Positions 50,525 to 60,834 of a DNA stretch of 64,000 nucleotides are shown here, in pieces. How positions within the stretch are numbered: position 1 is the stretch's first letter; every line of letters starts with the position of its first letter. Location: sequence record SRR2962707_813. One strand, 5' to 3'. The notes under the pieces were generated by a model, which was given only the letters and a program-made list of their open reading frames with translations, did no database searches and had not been told where the DNA came from. Both the position numbers and the translations under genes were made by a program.

Positions 50525-51493
50525 ATGGAAAATTTTAAAAATATTAGACTTGGTTTATTCGTGATTATCGGGACATTGTTCCTTGTAATGGCACTGTATT
50601 TCATTGGAAATAATCAGAACCTATTTGGTTCCAGGTTTACCGTCCATGCAGTTTTCAAAAATGTCAGCGGACTTCAGAAGGGAAACAATGTACGCTTTTC
50701 AGGGATCAATGTGGGTACGGTTCGGGACATAGAAATGATCAATGACACTTCCGTATTGGTGAGTTTCATTCTAAAAGAAGAAATGAATCAATTCATACGG
50801 CGAGATGCTATTGCATCACTAGGAACGGATGGGCTTCTGGGGAACCGGATAATAAATGTTATCCCGGGGGACGGCAGTGATCGGCTTATAAATGATGGTG
50901 ACACGTTGAAGGTGTATCATGGAATTGATGAGGATGAAATGTTCAGCCTGCTGGAGCGTACAAACTACAATGTAGCTGTAATTACGAATAATCTAGTAGA
51001 TATTTTGAAGGACGTTAAGGATGGGAAAGGGGCAGTGGGTCGTCTGATTTCTGATTCCACGTTGGCTAATGACATCAATGAAACCATTAGTAATCTCAAT
51101 GCATCAAGTAAGCGAGCCGTTGAAATACTAGATGAGCTGGATAAGAATATTGCTAATGTGAGCGAAGGTAAGGGTACGGTAGGCATGCTCCTGAATGACA
51201 CAACACTTGCCAACAACATAAACAGGATATTTGAGGAAATTCATGCAAGTACAAGCAATGTTGAGGAAATATCCCGGGATATCAGGGAGTTAGTCACTCA
51301 AATTCAAAGTGGCTCAGGCCTGACCGGAAGTGTTATCAGCGATTCTACCATGGTAAATAGCCTGGAGGAAAGCCTGGAAAATATCAGACAAGGCACAGAA
51401 TCATTCAACCAAAACATGGAAGCTATGAAGCATCACTTCCTGTTTAGAGGGTATTTCAAAAATCTCGAGAAAGAAGAGAAAAAGAAAGACTAG
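50525..51493 (+). CDS. mlaD: MlaD/MCE-domain protein
   Basis: N-terminal TM; GLQKGNNVRFSGINVGTV, DGLLG; helical tail. Confidence 0.92.
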   Translation: MENFKNIRLGLFVIIGTLFLVMALYFIGNNQNLFGSRFTVHAVFKNVSGLQKGNNVRFSGINVGTVRDIEMINDTSVLVSFILKEEMNQFIRRDAIASLGTDGLLGNRIINVIPGDGSDRLINDGDTLKVYHGIDEDEMFSLLERTNYNVAVITNNLVDILKDVKDGKGAVGRLISDSTLANDINETISNLNASSKRAVEILDELDKNIANVSEGKGTVGMLLNDTTLANNINRIFEEIHASTSNVEEISRDIRELVTQIQSGSGLTGSVISDSTMVNSLEESLENIRQGTESFNQNMEAMKHHFLFRGYFKNLEKEEKKKD

Positions 51494-51828
51494 CCCGATA
51501 GAGTAACACGCCAGAGCACCAGAACCAATCCGATCAAAAAGATGGAAGTGAAAATAAGCTTATTATGACGGGCAAGCCAGAGCGGTAAGTAGATATCAAA
51601 GTTTTCTTTTTCTGAATCTGAATATTTTCTTGCCAGAACAGTAAGGGGGCAAAACATTTTGAAGACTAAGAGAACCAGCCCTTCTCCCAGAATTGCAGCT
51701 ATACCTATCCAGGTAAGTGTATTGACCCTATTCATAAAGCCACTGTAAACCACATAGAAGATCACAGTGACAAAGAAGAGCCATATGATGGAGTGAACAA
51801 CTTTGATGATTTGTAATTTCTTGTTCAT
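51490..51828 (-). CDS. Small membrane protein
   Basis: 3 TM; CPLT..FDIYLP. Confidence 0.78.
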   Translation of the reverse strand: MNKKLQIIKVVHSIIWLFFVTVIFYVVYSGFMNRVNTLTWIGIAAILGEGLVLLVFKMFCPLTVLARKYSDSEKENFDIYLPLWLARHNKLIFTSIFLIGLVLVLWRVTLSG

Positions 51829-52082
51829 CGGATCCAGCTGTAATTGTTACACTGTTTTTCGCTACTGATGTGCTTAATTTCATTCCATACCAGTTGCTCA
51901 ATCTCTTCCGGAATGACTGTTTAAAATTCATAAAATTCAAACCGTATTGGAAGGTGAATTATCAGCTATTTATGTGACAGAAGTCATTTGATTCAGACGT
52001 TACACAGGGTAGGTTTGATACTAGCTAAATGTAGATAAAAAGCTGTAAATAATTGGTTTTGGGAGTCATAAAAATAGGCATC

Positions 52083-52709
52083 ATGAAAACGGAACTCACA
52101 CTAAAGGAAAAAGGGGCAAAGAAGCTTGAGGAATGGAAGCAATTTGTCCACGAGTTAAACGATCAGTTGCATCATGAAGTATCGGATGCAAAAGAGGAAT
52201 TTGAACGGCAGAAGAAGAAACTTCGAACCTGGCTTGATTCATTGGAAGAAGATTTGGATCACGCCGTTGATATCAGCAAAGAGAAAGCGAAGGGTCTTAA
52301 GACATCCATCGAAGAATTGCGAGTGCAGGCAGCCTTGGGTCGGGCGGAAGCTGAAGACCTCATGCACGATCAGCAGAAGAAACTCGTCAAAGGGCTGCAC
52401 GATCTGAAACATAAAATTCATACGCTCTACGATTCTTCAAAAGAAGATGTTCAAACCTTTAAAGAAAAGGTGGCGGACAAAGTAGATGATTTTCATACCC
52501 GCTTTGACCTGTTTCGTTTGCAATGGCATTTGGGCATGACAGAGGCGAGGCAAGAATGGCAGGAGAAGAAGAAAGAACTGTCGCATCGCCTGCATGAAGT
52601 AAATACCAAACTGGATCACCTGGAAGAAGAAGCAGCTGATAAATGGACCGGTTTTTCATCTGAAATGTCTGAAGCATGGGATCATTTCAAGAAAGCATTT
52701 AAAAGCTAA
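52083..52709 (+). CDS. All-helical repeat protein (amphipathic, three internal repeats)
   Basis: Repeats of type ELRxQxxLGxxEAxxxxxxQKKKL; start at ATG 52083. Confidence 0.8.
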   Translation: MKTELTLKEKGAKKLEEWKQFVHELNDQLHHEVSDAKEEFERQKKKLRTWLDSLEEDLDHAVDISKEKAKGLKTSIEELRVQAALGRAEAEDLMHDQQKKLVKGLHDLKHKIHTLYDSSKEDVQTFKEKVADKVDDFHTRFDLFRLQWHLGMTEARQEWQEKKKELSHRLHEVNTKLDHLEEEAADKWTGFSSEMSEAWDHFKKAFKS

Positions 52710-52723
52710 ACGGGATGACTATC

Positions 52724-53113
52724 ATGGAATACTATTTCAATAAAACCGTCTCTGGAACTTTTGAGGATGTAATACAAACAGTCAAAGAGCTTCTGATGGA
52801 TGAGCGTTTCGGTGTATTGACCGAAATAGATGTAGATCAGGTTTTTAAGAAAAAGCTGGATGTAGATTTTCCAAGGTATAAGATTCTGGGAGCATGCAAT
52901 CCTCAATTTGCCTATAAAGCATTGCAAAATGAAAACAAGATAGGGACCATGCTGCCCTGCAATGTAATCGTGCGCGAAACAGAAGATCGGAAAGTGGAAG
53001 TAGCGGCCGTTGATCCGGTCGCCTCTATGATGGCAGTAGACAATCCAGCTCTGGCTGATATAGCAGAGGAAATAAGAAACAGGCTCTCATGGGTGGTACA
53101 AAACGTTAATTAA
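52724..53113 (+). CDS. DUF302-domain protein
   Basis: FGVLTEIDV, YKILGACNP, IGTMLPCNV. Confidence 0.93.
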   Translation: MEYYFNKTVSGTFEDVIQTVKELLMDERFGVLTEIDVDQVFKKKLDVDFPRYKILGACNPQFAYKALQNENKIGTMLPCNVIVRETEDRKVEVAAVDPVASMMAVDNPALADIAEEIRNRLSWVVQNVN

Positions 53114-53138
53114 TGAACAAACGCTAAAACTCAGGAAA

Positions 53139-53639
53139 ATGAAAAAGATTGCAAGTTTGAAAGACCTAATGATGGAACAGCTTCGAGACCTCTATCATAG
53201 CGAAAATGAGCTCGATGATTTACTTAAAAAAATGATAGAAAGTGCTTCCGAACCTCGATTACGAAAAATATTCGAAGATTATCTATTTGAAAACAAGGAA
53301 CAGGTGATGAGACTTAGACAGTCATTTGAGCCGTTGTTTGAGCAGAAGAGAGGAGAAATGTGTGACGCGATGTTAGCCATGACAAAGGAAGCAAGGGACC
53401 TTATAAATCGAAGTGCGGATGAATATGTAAGAGACGCGGGTCTGATCACTGCACTTCAGCACATCATACACTACCAGATTGCAGGGTATGGGGCTGTTTG
53501 CACGTATGCGCAGATGTTGAATTTTGATAATGTAGCCTCTATTATTCACAAAAACCTGGAAGTGGAAAAGCATACCGACCGAGAGTTGGCCATGTTGGCC
53601 GAAGACGTGATTAATGAACGTGCGATAAAAATGGTGTAA
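53139..53639 (+). CDS. YciE/YciF ferritin-like protein (DUF892)
   Basis: QLRDLYHSE, RDAGLI, HYQIAGYG, EKHTD. Confidence 0.9.
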   Translation: MKKIASLKDLMMEQLRDLYHSENELDDLLKKMIESASEPRLRKIFEDYLFENKEQVMRLRQSFEPLFEQKRGEMCDAMLAMTKEARDLINRSADEYVRDAGLITALQHIIHYQIAGYGAVCTYAQMLNFDNVASIIHKNLEVEKHTDRELAMLAEDVINERAIKMV

Positions 53640-53739
53640 TAATCCGTTGAATACCATTAGTACTGTTTTCTGATATTAATCATATATCTATTTGATGGGC
53701 TTAAGTTTTCTTTCATCGGCAATAAGTGATCTTAGCCAT

Positions 53740-54834
53740 ATGTTTGAGATGATAAAGCAAAAAGCCGCAATTCCAATTACAATCCTTTTTTTCATACAAG
53801 GATGTAACCAGTCACCCAATATGGTGACACCCGGCGTGCATGATATTACTGAGTCTGTTTATGCTTCTGTAACGATCGTGCCAGATAGCCTTTATAAAGT
53901 TTGCTCTGTCGTAAGTGGGATACTAACTGAACTGCATGTGCGTGAAGGTGATGAGGTGAGCAAAGGACAAATTCTTTTGCAAATACGTAATGAAAGTCCG
54001 GAGCTGAATGCTGAAAATGCCCGATTGATACTTGAGTTAGCGCAGAAAAATCTTGCCGGGTCGGGATCTATTCTAAAAACACTTCAAAATAAAATGGCAA
54101 CTGCCAATCTGACCTACCAGCAAGATTCTGTGGACTACTTGCGGCAAAGCAGATTGTGGGAGCAAAATATCGGTACTCAGCGCGAATATGAGCTCCGGAA
54201 GATGGCCTTTGAAAGGTCTGCAGAAAATCTGCAGTCGCTACGCAAAGAATTTAGCAGAACCAAAGCTGAGCTGACCACTGCATTCAACACTGCCAGAAAT
54301 AATTATCAAAGTGCCAAACTTGGGAGTGAGGACTATTCGGTTAAAAGCAGCATGAATGGGAAAGTGTACGACCTATTCAAAGAACCGGGCGAATTGATCA
54401 GTCCGCAAGAGCCTATTGCCACCATCGGAAGGAGTGGCTCCTTCACTGTAAACCTGCTGGTAGATGAAGTGGATATCATCAAGATTCGTATCAATCAACG
54501 GGTCATTGTGAACCTCGATGCATTTGAAGGTGAGGTGTTTGAGGCGAGAGTCACACGCATCTTACCACAGAAAGACAGCCGCACACAAACATTTACGATA
54601 GAAGCCGAATTCACAGATCCTCCGGACCCTTTGTATTCCGGATTATCAGGTGAAGCGAATATCATCATCAATCAAAAGAAGGATGTCCTGGTGATTCCAA
54701 GGAGCTACCTGATGGAAAATGATCGGGTGAATACCAGTGATGGAGTGGTACAGGTAGAAGTTGGATTAATGAACATGGAGTATGTAGAAATTATCTCAGG
54801 GTTGGATTCCACCACTCACCTTTTAATGCCTTAA
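53740..54834 (+). CDS. Efflux periplasmic adaptor (membrane fusion protein)
   Basis: ITESVYAS, VREGDEVSKGQ, coiled coil, VDEVDI, LSGEANI; exact start uncertain. Confidence 0.9.
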   Translation: MFEMIKQKAAIPITILFFIQGCNQSPNMVTPGVHDITESVYASVTIVPDSLYKVCSVVSGILTELHVREGDEVSKGQILLQIRNESPELNAENARLILELAQKNLAGSGSILKTLQNKMATANLTYQQDSVDYLRQSRLWEQNIGTQREYELRKMAFERSAENLQSLRKEFSRTKAELTTAFNTARNNYQSAKLGSEDYSVKSSMNGKVYDLFKEPGELISPQEPIATIGRSGSFTVNLLVDEVDIIKIRINQRVIVNLDAFEGEVFEARVTRILPQKDSRTQTFTIEAEFTDPPDPLYSGLSGEANIIINQKKDVLVIPRSYLMENDRVNTSDGVVQVEVGLMNMEYVEIISGLDSTTHLLMP

Positions 54835-54837
54835 CCG

Positions 54838-56097
54838 ATGAATTGGGGAATCCTGTTGACCATATCAAAAACCCATTTGCTGGCCCGCATTAAACAATCA
54901 GGCATTGCAGCACTCGGGGTGACATTTGGTATTGGTACGTTCATTATCCTGGTCAGCTTCATGACAGGCCTGAATAACTTGTTGGATGGACTCATATTAA
55001 ACCGGACACCTCATGTACATATTTATAATGAAGTTCAGCCAAGTAAGAAACAACCCATCGACTACCTAACACAGGTGGAGGGTCACATAAATATTATTCA
55101 TTCCATTAAACCCAAACTTAGTCAGGAAAGAATACACAATGCACTTCCGCTAATGAGTCATCTAAGGAAGGATCCAAGGGTGAAAGGCATAACACCACTG
55201 GTTCGGGCACAGGCTTTTTATTCCGCAGGATCATTGCAAATAAATGGATTGTTAAATGGCATTGATGTTTTAGAAGAAGCACGGCTGTTTTTACTGGAGG
55301 ATTATCTATTTGAAGGGGATGCAAAATCTTTAAAACGTACCTCCAACGGCATTTTAATGGGAGTAGGGGTGGCTGATAAGCTTTCACTCAAAGTGGGAGA
55401 TAATGTGCAAATCATCTCCAGTAAAGGCGACCTGTTCCAACTCAAAATCGTGGGTTTTTACCAAAGTGGCCTTGCCGAAATAGACAATATGCAGAGCTAT
55501 GTAAACCTGGCTACCGCTCAACAGATATTGGGGGAGGGACAAAACTACATCACCGATATAAACATAAAACTATATGATATAAAAGAGGCAGTTCCGATGG
55601 CTAAGCAAATCGAACGGAAATTCAAGCTTAGAGCGGTAGATATCAATGAAGCCAACGCCCAATTTGAAACCGGAACTTCCATTCGAAACATCATCACCTA
55701 TGCGGTATCGATTACCCTGCTGATTGTAGCCGGGTTTGGGATTTACAACATCCTAAATATGCTTATTTATGAGAAAATGAATGACATAGCCATACTAAAA
55801 GCAACTGGGTTCTCGGGACGGGATGTCAAGTATATCTTCATCTCTCAGGCACTACTCATTGGCTTAGCGGGAGGTCTGCTGGGCTTGCTGTTTGGATACG
55901 GCATCTCTGTGCTTATTGATCACACTCCGTTTGAAACAGAGGTGCTCCCCACCATCAAAACCTTCCCGGTCAATTGGAATCCACTTTACTATGTTATCGG
56001 TATTGTCTTCGCGCTCATATCTACTTTTCTGGCGGGTTATTTACCAGCACGGCGAGCAGAACATATCGATCCTGTGGAAATTATTCGTGGACAGTGA
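54838..56097 (+). CDS. ABC transporter permease (LolE/FtsX-like)
   Basis: LGVTFGI, EKMNDIAILKATGF, PARRAEHIDPVEIIRG. Confidence 0.92.
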   Translation: MNWGILLTISKTHLLARIKQSGIAALGVTFGIGTFIILVSFMTGLNNLLDGLILNRTPHVHIYNEVQPSKKQPIDYLTQVEGHINIIHSIKPKLSQERIHNALPLMSHLRKDPRVKGITPLVRAQAFYSAGSLQINGLLNGIDVLEEARLFLLEDYLFEGDAKSLKRTSNGILMGVGVADKLSLKVGDNVQIISSKGDLFQLKIVGFYQSGLAEIDNMQSYVNLATAQQILGEGQNYITDINIKLYDIKEAVPMAKQIERKFKLRAVDINEANAQFETGTSIRNIITYAVSITLLIVAGFGIYNILNMLIYEKMNDIAILKATGFSGRDVKYIFISQALLIGLAGGLLGLLFGYGISVLIDHTPFETEVLPTIKTFPVNWNPLYYVIGIVFALISTFLAGYLPARRAEHIDPVEIIRGQ

Positions 56098-56780
56098 CGC
56101 AGGAAAAGCACGATATTATTCTAAAAGTTGAAAAGCTGAATAAGTACTTCAGGGATCCGGTCATATTTCATGTGTTGAAGGACGTGTCATTGGAGATAAA
56201 ACGGGGAGAGTTTGTGTCCATCATGGGCAAGTCTGGTTGTGGAAAGTCAACGCTGTTATACATCTTATCTACTATGGATACAGACTATGAAGGCAATCTG
56301 TACCTAAACGACCGCCTATTAAATGGACAGTCAGGGGATGAACTGGCGCGTATAAGAAATGAACACATCGGATTTATTTTCCAATTTCACTACCTGCTTC
56401 CGGAGTTTACCGTCCTGCAAAACGTTATGCTTCCTGCATTAAAACTGGGTATAAAACCAAGGGCTGAAATAGAAGCTGATGCACTGGAAAAGCTGAAGCT
56501 ATTAGATATTGCAGATCAGGCACACAAGCTGGCTTCCCGGATCTCCGGTGGACAAAAACAACGGGTGTCCATTGCCCGGGCACTCATCAATAACCCGGAT
56601 ATCATTATGGCGGATGAGCCAACAGGAAACCTGGACAGTAAAAACTCTGATAATGTATTCCAAATTCTTCGCGACCTGAGCCACCACGCAAACCTATCTC
56701 TGCTGGTGGTGACACACGATGAGGATTTTGCAAAGCGAACAGATCGAGTCATTACCATGGAAGACGGCAGGATTGTGTGA
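56094..56780 (+). CDS. ABC transporter ATP-binding protein (LolD-like)
   Basis: GKSGCGKST, ISGGQKQRV, ADEPTGNLD; GTG start overlaps the permease stop (GTGA). Confidence 0.93.
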   Translation: MTQEKHDIILKVEKLNKYFRDPVIFHVLKDVSLEIKRGEFVSIMGKSGCGKSTLLYILSTMDTDYEGNLYLNDRLLNGQSGDELARIRNEHIGFIFQFHYLLPEFTVLQNVMLPALKLGIKPRAEIEADALEKLKLLDIADQAHKLASRISGGQKQRVSIARALINNPDIIMADEPTGNLDSKNSDNVFQILRDLSHHANLSLLVVTHDEDFAKRTDRVITMEDGRIV

Positions 56781-56956
56781 TGAATACGGTTGATGTTTTA
56801 ACTGTGCTGTCAGGTATTTCTACCTGATATTCAGAAGGAAGGTTTCGTTTGATTCTGACTGTATCGGGTGGAAACACCGGCTATACGGGAATGATACCTT
56901 GAAATTGAGTCATTCCATGCCTCGGTTTGTGTCTCACGAATTTTCCACACCCTTTT

Positions 56957-57151
56957 TTAATCCATTTTTTCCATTCCATCATTGATCTCCTTCTTAATCT
57001 CTTTGGTCGCGTCTTTAAATTCCCGGATACCTCGACCCAGGCTTCTGGCGATTTCAGGAATTTTCTTTGCTCCGAAGAATATGACGATAAACAGGGCAAT
57101 AACCATGATTTCACCGAAACCTGGCATGCCAAACCCCAATATTATTTTCAT
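56957..57151 (-). CDS. tatA: Twin-arginine translocase TatA/TatE subunit
   Basis: FFGAKKIPEIARSLGRGIREFK. Confidence 0.92.
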   Translation of the reverse strand: MKIILGFGMPGFGEIMVIALFIVIFFGAKKIPEIARSLGRGIREFKDATKEIKKEINDGMEKMD

Positions 57152-57273
57152 AATTAGTTACTTAAAAAAGGGAGAAAGTGTATTTGCCCATTTATTGGTT
57201 AGTAATTGGACGGAGCAATTTGAAAAAGTAACATCCTGGAGTTAGAAAATTTGAGAGAGAGTTGTGCTTTATT

Positions 57274-57843
57274 CTATTTTTTTAAGTCTTCTATGATCAG
57301 TTTCTTTTGCTTGAAGGTATTTATCATGGCTTTCTCCCTTACTGCGGCATCCGTACTATGAATCAACTCATAGTACTCAGCAGGGACTATCTGCCATGAT
57401 AAGCCATATTTGTCTTTGCACCAACCGCACGAACCTTCCTCGCCACCATTAGCAGTAAGTGCTTCCCAATAGTAATCCACTTCTCCCTGATCTTTACAAT
57501 TCACCACAAATGATACCGCCTCATTGAATTTAAATAGCGGGCCTGCTGCGAGAATACTAAACTCCATTCCGGCTATTTCGATTACAGCTGTTTCAAAGCT
57601 AGTGGTATCGCTACTGAACTCATTAGGTGGATTAACAAAAGTGCGATAATCTTTTAACCTGCCATCTTTGAAAATGGACAAGTAGTAATCTGCCACTGCC
57701 TTTGCATCTTTTTCTACCCATAAACAGGGTGTGATTTTTTGATTGGTATTTGCCATTGTTATGGAATTTTTATTGTTCGAACAGGACATTGTGAGTAAAG
57801 CAATTACTGCTACAGCCAATGGGGTTATCGAATTCTTTTTCAT
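57274..57843 (-). CDS. VOC/PhnB (3-demethylubiquinone methyltransferase-like) protein
   Basis: [30 protein letters not shown]-terminal lipobox-like TMSC. Confidence 0.9.
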   Translation of the reverse strand: MKKNSITPLAVAVIALLTMSCSNNKNSITMANTNQKITPCLWVEKDAKAVADYYLSIFKDGRLKDYRTFVNPPNEFSSDTTSFETAVIEIAGMEFSILAAGPLFKFNEAVSFVVNCKDQGEVDYYWEALTANGGEEGSCGWCKDKYGLSWQIVPAEYYELIHSTDAAVREKAMINTFKQKKLIIEDLKK

Positions 57844-58343
57844 TTGCTATTTTCTAATTGTTGTAGTACCAATTCAAGATTGACCATAGAGGCTTTATAT
57901 CCTTCCACAAAGCCCATTTCAAGCATCTTCTCCAGTCGCTCTAGCGATTCATTGTAAATCGTAATACGGACAGTTGTTTTTCCACCCTTTTCGCTGAAGG
58001 AATAATCCCACTCAGATCCGATAGGAGCGGGGTTTTCATCTTTATCGGCGAAGGCATTATACAATTTGAAATTGCTCATTGGGGTAATGGAAGTATATTC
58101 TTGTATAATCCAGCCCTCATGTCCCTCGGGGCTTACCATCGCATAAAATCGTTTCCCACCCACTTCGAAATTCATGTATTTTGTTTTTGCTTTAAATGGT
58201 GCTGGTGCAACCCATTGATCCAGAATTTCCGCTTTCGTAAAAGCATCCCATACCAGTGACAGTTCGGCATCAAACACTCTGGTTATGTAGACCGTTTTCG
58301 TGGCTTTGTCAACGGTGAAGTCAAGTTGAGGATTATTGTTCAT
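57840..58343 (-). CDS. SRPBCC/AHSA1-like protein
   Basis: ITRVFDA..VWDAFT..LDQW, MGFVEG. Confidence 0.92.
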   Translation of the reverse strand: MNNNPQLDFTVDKATKTVYITRVFDAELSLVWDAFTKAEILDQWVAPAPFKAKTKYMNFEVGGKRFYAMVSPEGHEGWIIQEYTSITPMSNFKLYNAFADKDENPAPIGSEWDYSFSEKGGKTTVRITIYNESLERLEKMLEMGFVEGYKASMVNLELVLQQLENSK

Positions 58344-58665
58344 TTCTTTTGTTTTTAAGCGTTGCTAATACATTGTCCAGTTGACCAAACTGAGTCTCCA
58401 GCGTTTTTCTGAGTCGCTCTACCCATTGATCGATTTCATCAATTTTAGTTGCGTTGATATGATAATGAATTTCCCTTCCCTTCTTCTCTTGTCTCACCAG
58501 TTCGCATTCAGTTAGAATTTGAATATGCTTTGAAACTGCCTGTCTGCTGGTATGGAATTCTTCAGCGATGGCATTAGGTGTCATTGATTGTGCAGCAATC
58601 AATAATAAAATGGCTCTTCGTGTCGGATCAGCTATGGCCTGAAATACATCTCTTCTGACTTTCAT
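58333..58665 (-). CDS. ArsR/SmtB-family transcriptional regulator
   Basis: [31 protein letters not shown]. Confidence 0.95.
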   Translation of the reverse strand: MKVRRDVFQAIADPTRRAILLLIAAQSMTPNAIAEEFHTSRQAVSKHIQILTECELVRQEKKGREIHYHINATKIDEIDQWVERLRKTLETQFGQLDNVLATLKNKRNEQ

Positions 58666-58677
58666 TTATTCTATTTA

Positions 58678-58720
58678 TGCAACTAAATGATTGCTAATAT
58701 AATGCAATTATTTAGTTGCA
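58678..58720. promoter_or_regulatory. Tandem operators of ArsR paralog 1
   Basis: TGCAAC-taaatg-ATTGCT and TGCAAT-tattta-GTTGCA immediately upstream of the ATG. Confidence 0.75.
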
Positions 58721-58823
58721 CAATATTATTTTTCAAATGAAATGATTCTCTGTGATGCCGGGCAGATCGGTTGGCGATGCGAATTTTTTGATTTAATTCC
58801 GGTTAAGGAGGTACAAAGAGTAA

Positions 58824-59687
58824 TCACTCATTTACCACCAGCTTGTATCCGACTCCACGAGCATTTAATATTTTGATGCTGGGGTCTTCTTGTAGCTTAC
58901 CACGCAACTTGGAAATGAAAACATCAAGCGTACGGCCAACATAACTCCCTTCGTCACCCCATACCTCCTGAAGCAAAGTTTCCTTCTTTACCGTCTCATT
59001 GACCGATGAATAGAGCAGGCTCAGCAGGTCAACTTCCTTGCTGGATAGCTCTGTCTTTTCATCATTCATGATCAATAACGCATTTTGTTGATCGAATAAA
59101 TAGTTACCCAGCTTGATTAATCGGGACTTGCCTAATGGCTTGTTTTTTTGCCAAAATACAAATGCAACAATTCCGGAAAGGAATAGGAAGCCGGCGACTA
59201 ATGGATATACCGGAAAGGTCGAAGGTGGACCCGTACTTGCCAGCATATTGGGCTGCTGTTCCAGAATAGTAAGCACAAGCCGATAGCACGAGCGGGGCTG
59301 TGTTCTCGATTGGCACGGTACAATATCCTGATATTCTGACCGGTCCATCTCAAAACTATACACCACTGCGAGCGTCTCGCATTGTTCCACCTCTACAATG
59401 TATCGATGTGCAATCCTGGCATCATTCATTATCGTTGATACCGTTTGAACAAGCTCCTCCGGTTTGAATCCAAACTCCGCCTCAAATGGAATGATGTATT
59501 GTCCGTCTTGGCTGGTGACCGGTAATACCCGGGAAGAGGTGTCCTTCGCATTGAGCAATATTTCATGTCCGATCTTGCGCAAAGCCACTTCAATGTGCTT
59601 GTCAGCAAAAGATTCCTGGGCACCCACCTGAGGAATAATTACTCCCAAACATACCAATGCTATGAAGAAGGTTCTGAACGATACCAT
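58824..59687 (-). CDS. Membrane-anchored one-component regulator with C-terminal OmpR-type winged helix
   Basis: Signal peptide, periplasmic domain with Cys residues, TM, then VWGDEG..RTLDVFISKLRGKL..RGVGYKL. Confidence 0.9.
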   Translation of the reverse strand: MVSFRTFFIALVCLGVIIPQVGAQESFADKHIEVALRKIGHEILLNAKDTSSRVLPVTSQDGQYIIPFEAEFGFKPEELVQTVSTIMNDARIAHRYIVEVEQCETLAVVYSFEMDRSEYQDIVPCQSRTQPRSCYRLVLTILEQQPNMLASTGPPSTFPVYPLVAGFLFLSGIVAFVFWQKNKPLGKSRLIKLGNYLFDQQNALLIMNDEKTELSSKEVDLLSLLYSSVNETVKKETLLQEVWGDEGSYVGRTLDVFISKLRGKLQEDPSIKILNARGVGYKLVVNE

Positions 59688-59727
59688 AGATTACAAAACT
59701 ATTTGATTCTTTCCCGGCTAAAACTGT

Positions 59728-59766
59728 TTTACACAACATTTACATCATTTTACACTTCAACTTACA
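59728..59766. promoter_or_regulatory. TTTACA direct-repeat array, putative winged-helix binding site
   Basis: TTTACA at 59728, 59739, 59749 and CTTACA at 59761 (10-12 bp spacing) between divergent genes. Confidence 0.65.
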
Positions 59767-59815
59767 TCCGGACTGAAGGTGCGCCGTATCATTGGATCAG
59801 TAAAACGATCAAACT

Positions 59816-60592
59816 ATGTTAAAAATGAAAAAGCAAATAATAATTATCGGATGTTTAGCCGCGGTGATGTCAATCGTGGGTTTTGTGGCTGTTAGCCAAC
59901 CTGACGAATTAATCTCCGAGCCCCAAAAGGAAATGGACTCCCGGGTTCAAACGGATTTCAGTGCTTTGCACACTTCTTCTAAACCGGTCGATTTTCATTA
60001 CGGTGTTGGTTCGCGATTCTTCGCTACTATCTCGAAAGAAGATTTACACAAAGCTAAAACGGTGACCGACCTCCTTCCACCTGAAGCGAATTGGTCGACT
60101 TACCCCATTCAGAAAGTTATGATCAAACGGCTGGATGTATTATTTGAAGCAGGAAGGGAGGGAACCGATCTCAATCTTACTGAGTCTCAACTTGCCACTC
60201 TAAGATCATGCGAGTATGGCAATAGCTTCCGTGTGATGGCCTGGGATGAGTATAATGAACTTAACTATTTCATTACGGTGATCCCTGAGAAAGAGGCCAG
60301 CTACAAAGAAGGCATGGATGCATTGGTGAAATACCTCAAGAGAAACAGTGCCTCTGTTGTGGCGAACGTAAGTGAAGATAAATTGGGAGCAGGACGGATT
60401 ATGTTTACAGTAAATAAGCAGGGCGATATTGCGGATGTCCAACTAACCGAATCTTCAGGCTATCAAGCCATAGACAAAGCGATGAATGAGCTCATTCGCA
60501 AAACGTCAGGAAAGTGGGAGCCTGCGGCTAATGCTGAGGGGGCTAAAGTGGATCAGGAGTTGGTGTTTTCTTTTGGAAGGGCCGGGTGCTAA
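59816..60592 (+). CDS. TonB C-terminal-domain protein
   Basis: N-terminal TM; PEKEASYKEGMDALVKYL, FTVNKQG, SSGYQAID, WEPA. Confidence 0.8.
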   Translation: MLKMKKQIIIIGCLAAVMSIVGFVAVSQPDELISEPQKEMDSRVQTDFSALHTSSKPVDFHYGVGSRFFATISKEDLHKAKTVTDLLPPEANWSTYPIQKVMIKRLDVLFEAGREGTDLNLTESQLATLRSCEYGNSFRVMAWDEYNELNYFITVIPEKEASYKEGMDALVKYLKRNSASVVANVSEDKLGAGRIMFTVNKQGDIADVQLTESSGYQAIDKAMNELIRKTSGKWEPAANAEGAKVDQELVFSFGRAGC

Positions 60593-60694
60593 GGAGGAGC
60601 ACCCTTCTTCGGATAATGTTAACGGCATGTGATGTTTTGACGAATAAGGCTTCATAACGGAACTATTCCGCAAGCAAGCGCGTACCTTTAGGTA

Positions 60695-60804
60695 GATTAT
60701 CAGGAAAGGTGAAGGGACTGGGCCCGATGCAGCCTTGGCAACCCGATCGCCAGCGTGCGATATCCGGTGCTAATTCCCAGCCTGCAGCGACAGGACAGAT
60801 GATC
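60695..60804 (+). ncRNA. SAM-I (S-box) riboswitch aptamer
   Basis: TTATC-AGGAAAGGTGAAGGGACTGGGCCCGATG..GGCAACC..GGTGCTAATTCC..AGATGA; P1 GATTATC/GATGATC; TACCTTTA promoter-like element at 60683. Confidence 0.9.
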
Positions 60805-60811
60805 CGGGATG

Positions 60812-60834
60812 CCATCTTCATTGATGGTTTTTTT
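60812..60834 (+). terminator. Terminator of the riboswitch expression platform
   Basis: CCATC-ttcatt-GATGG followed by T7. Confidence 0.7.

Noticed and set aside
55974-56093. N-terminal extension of the ABC ATPase in the ORF track
   Set aside because: It overlaps the permease by 124 nt; GTG at 56094 gives a typical 4-nt overlap and a normal protein length.
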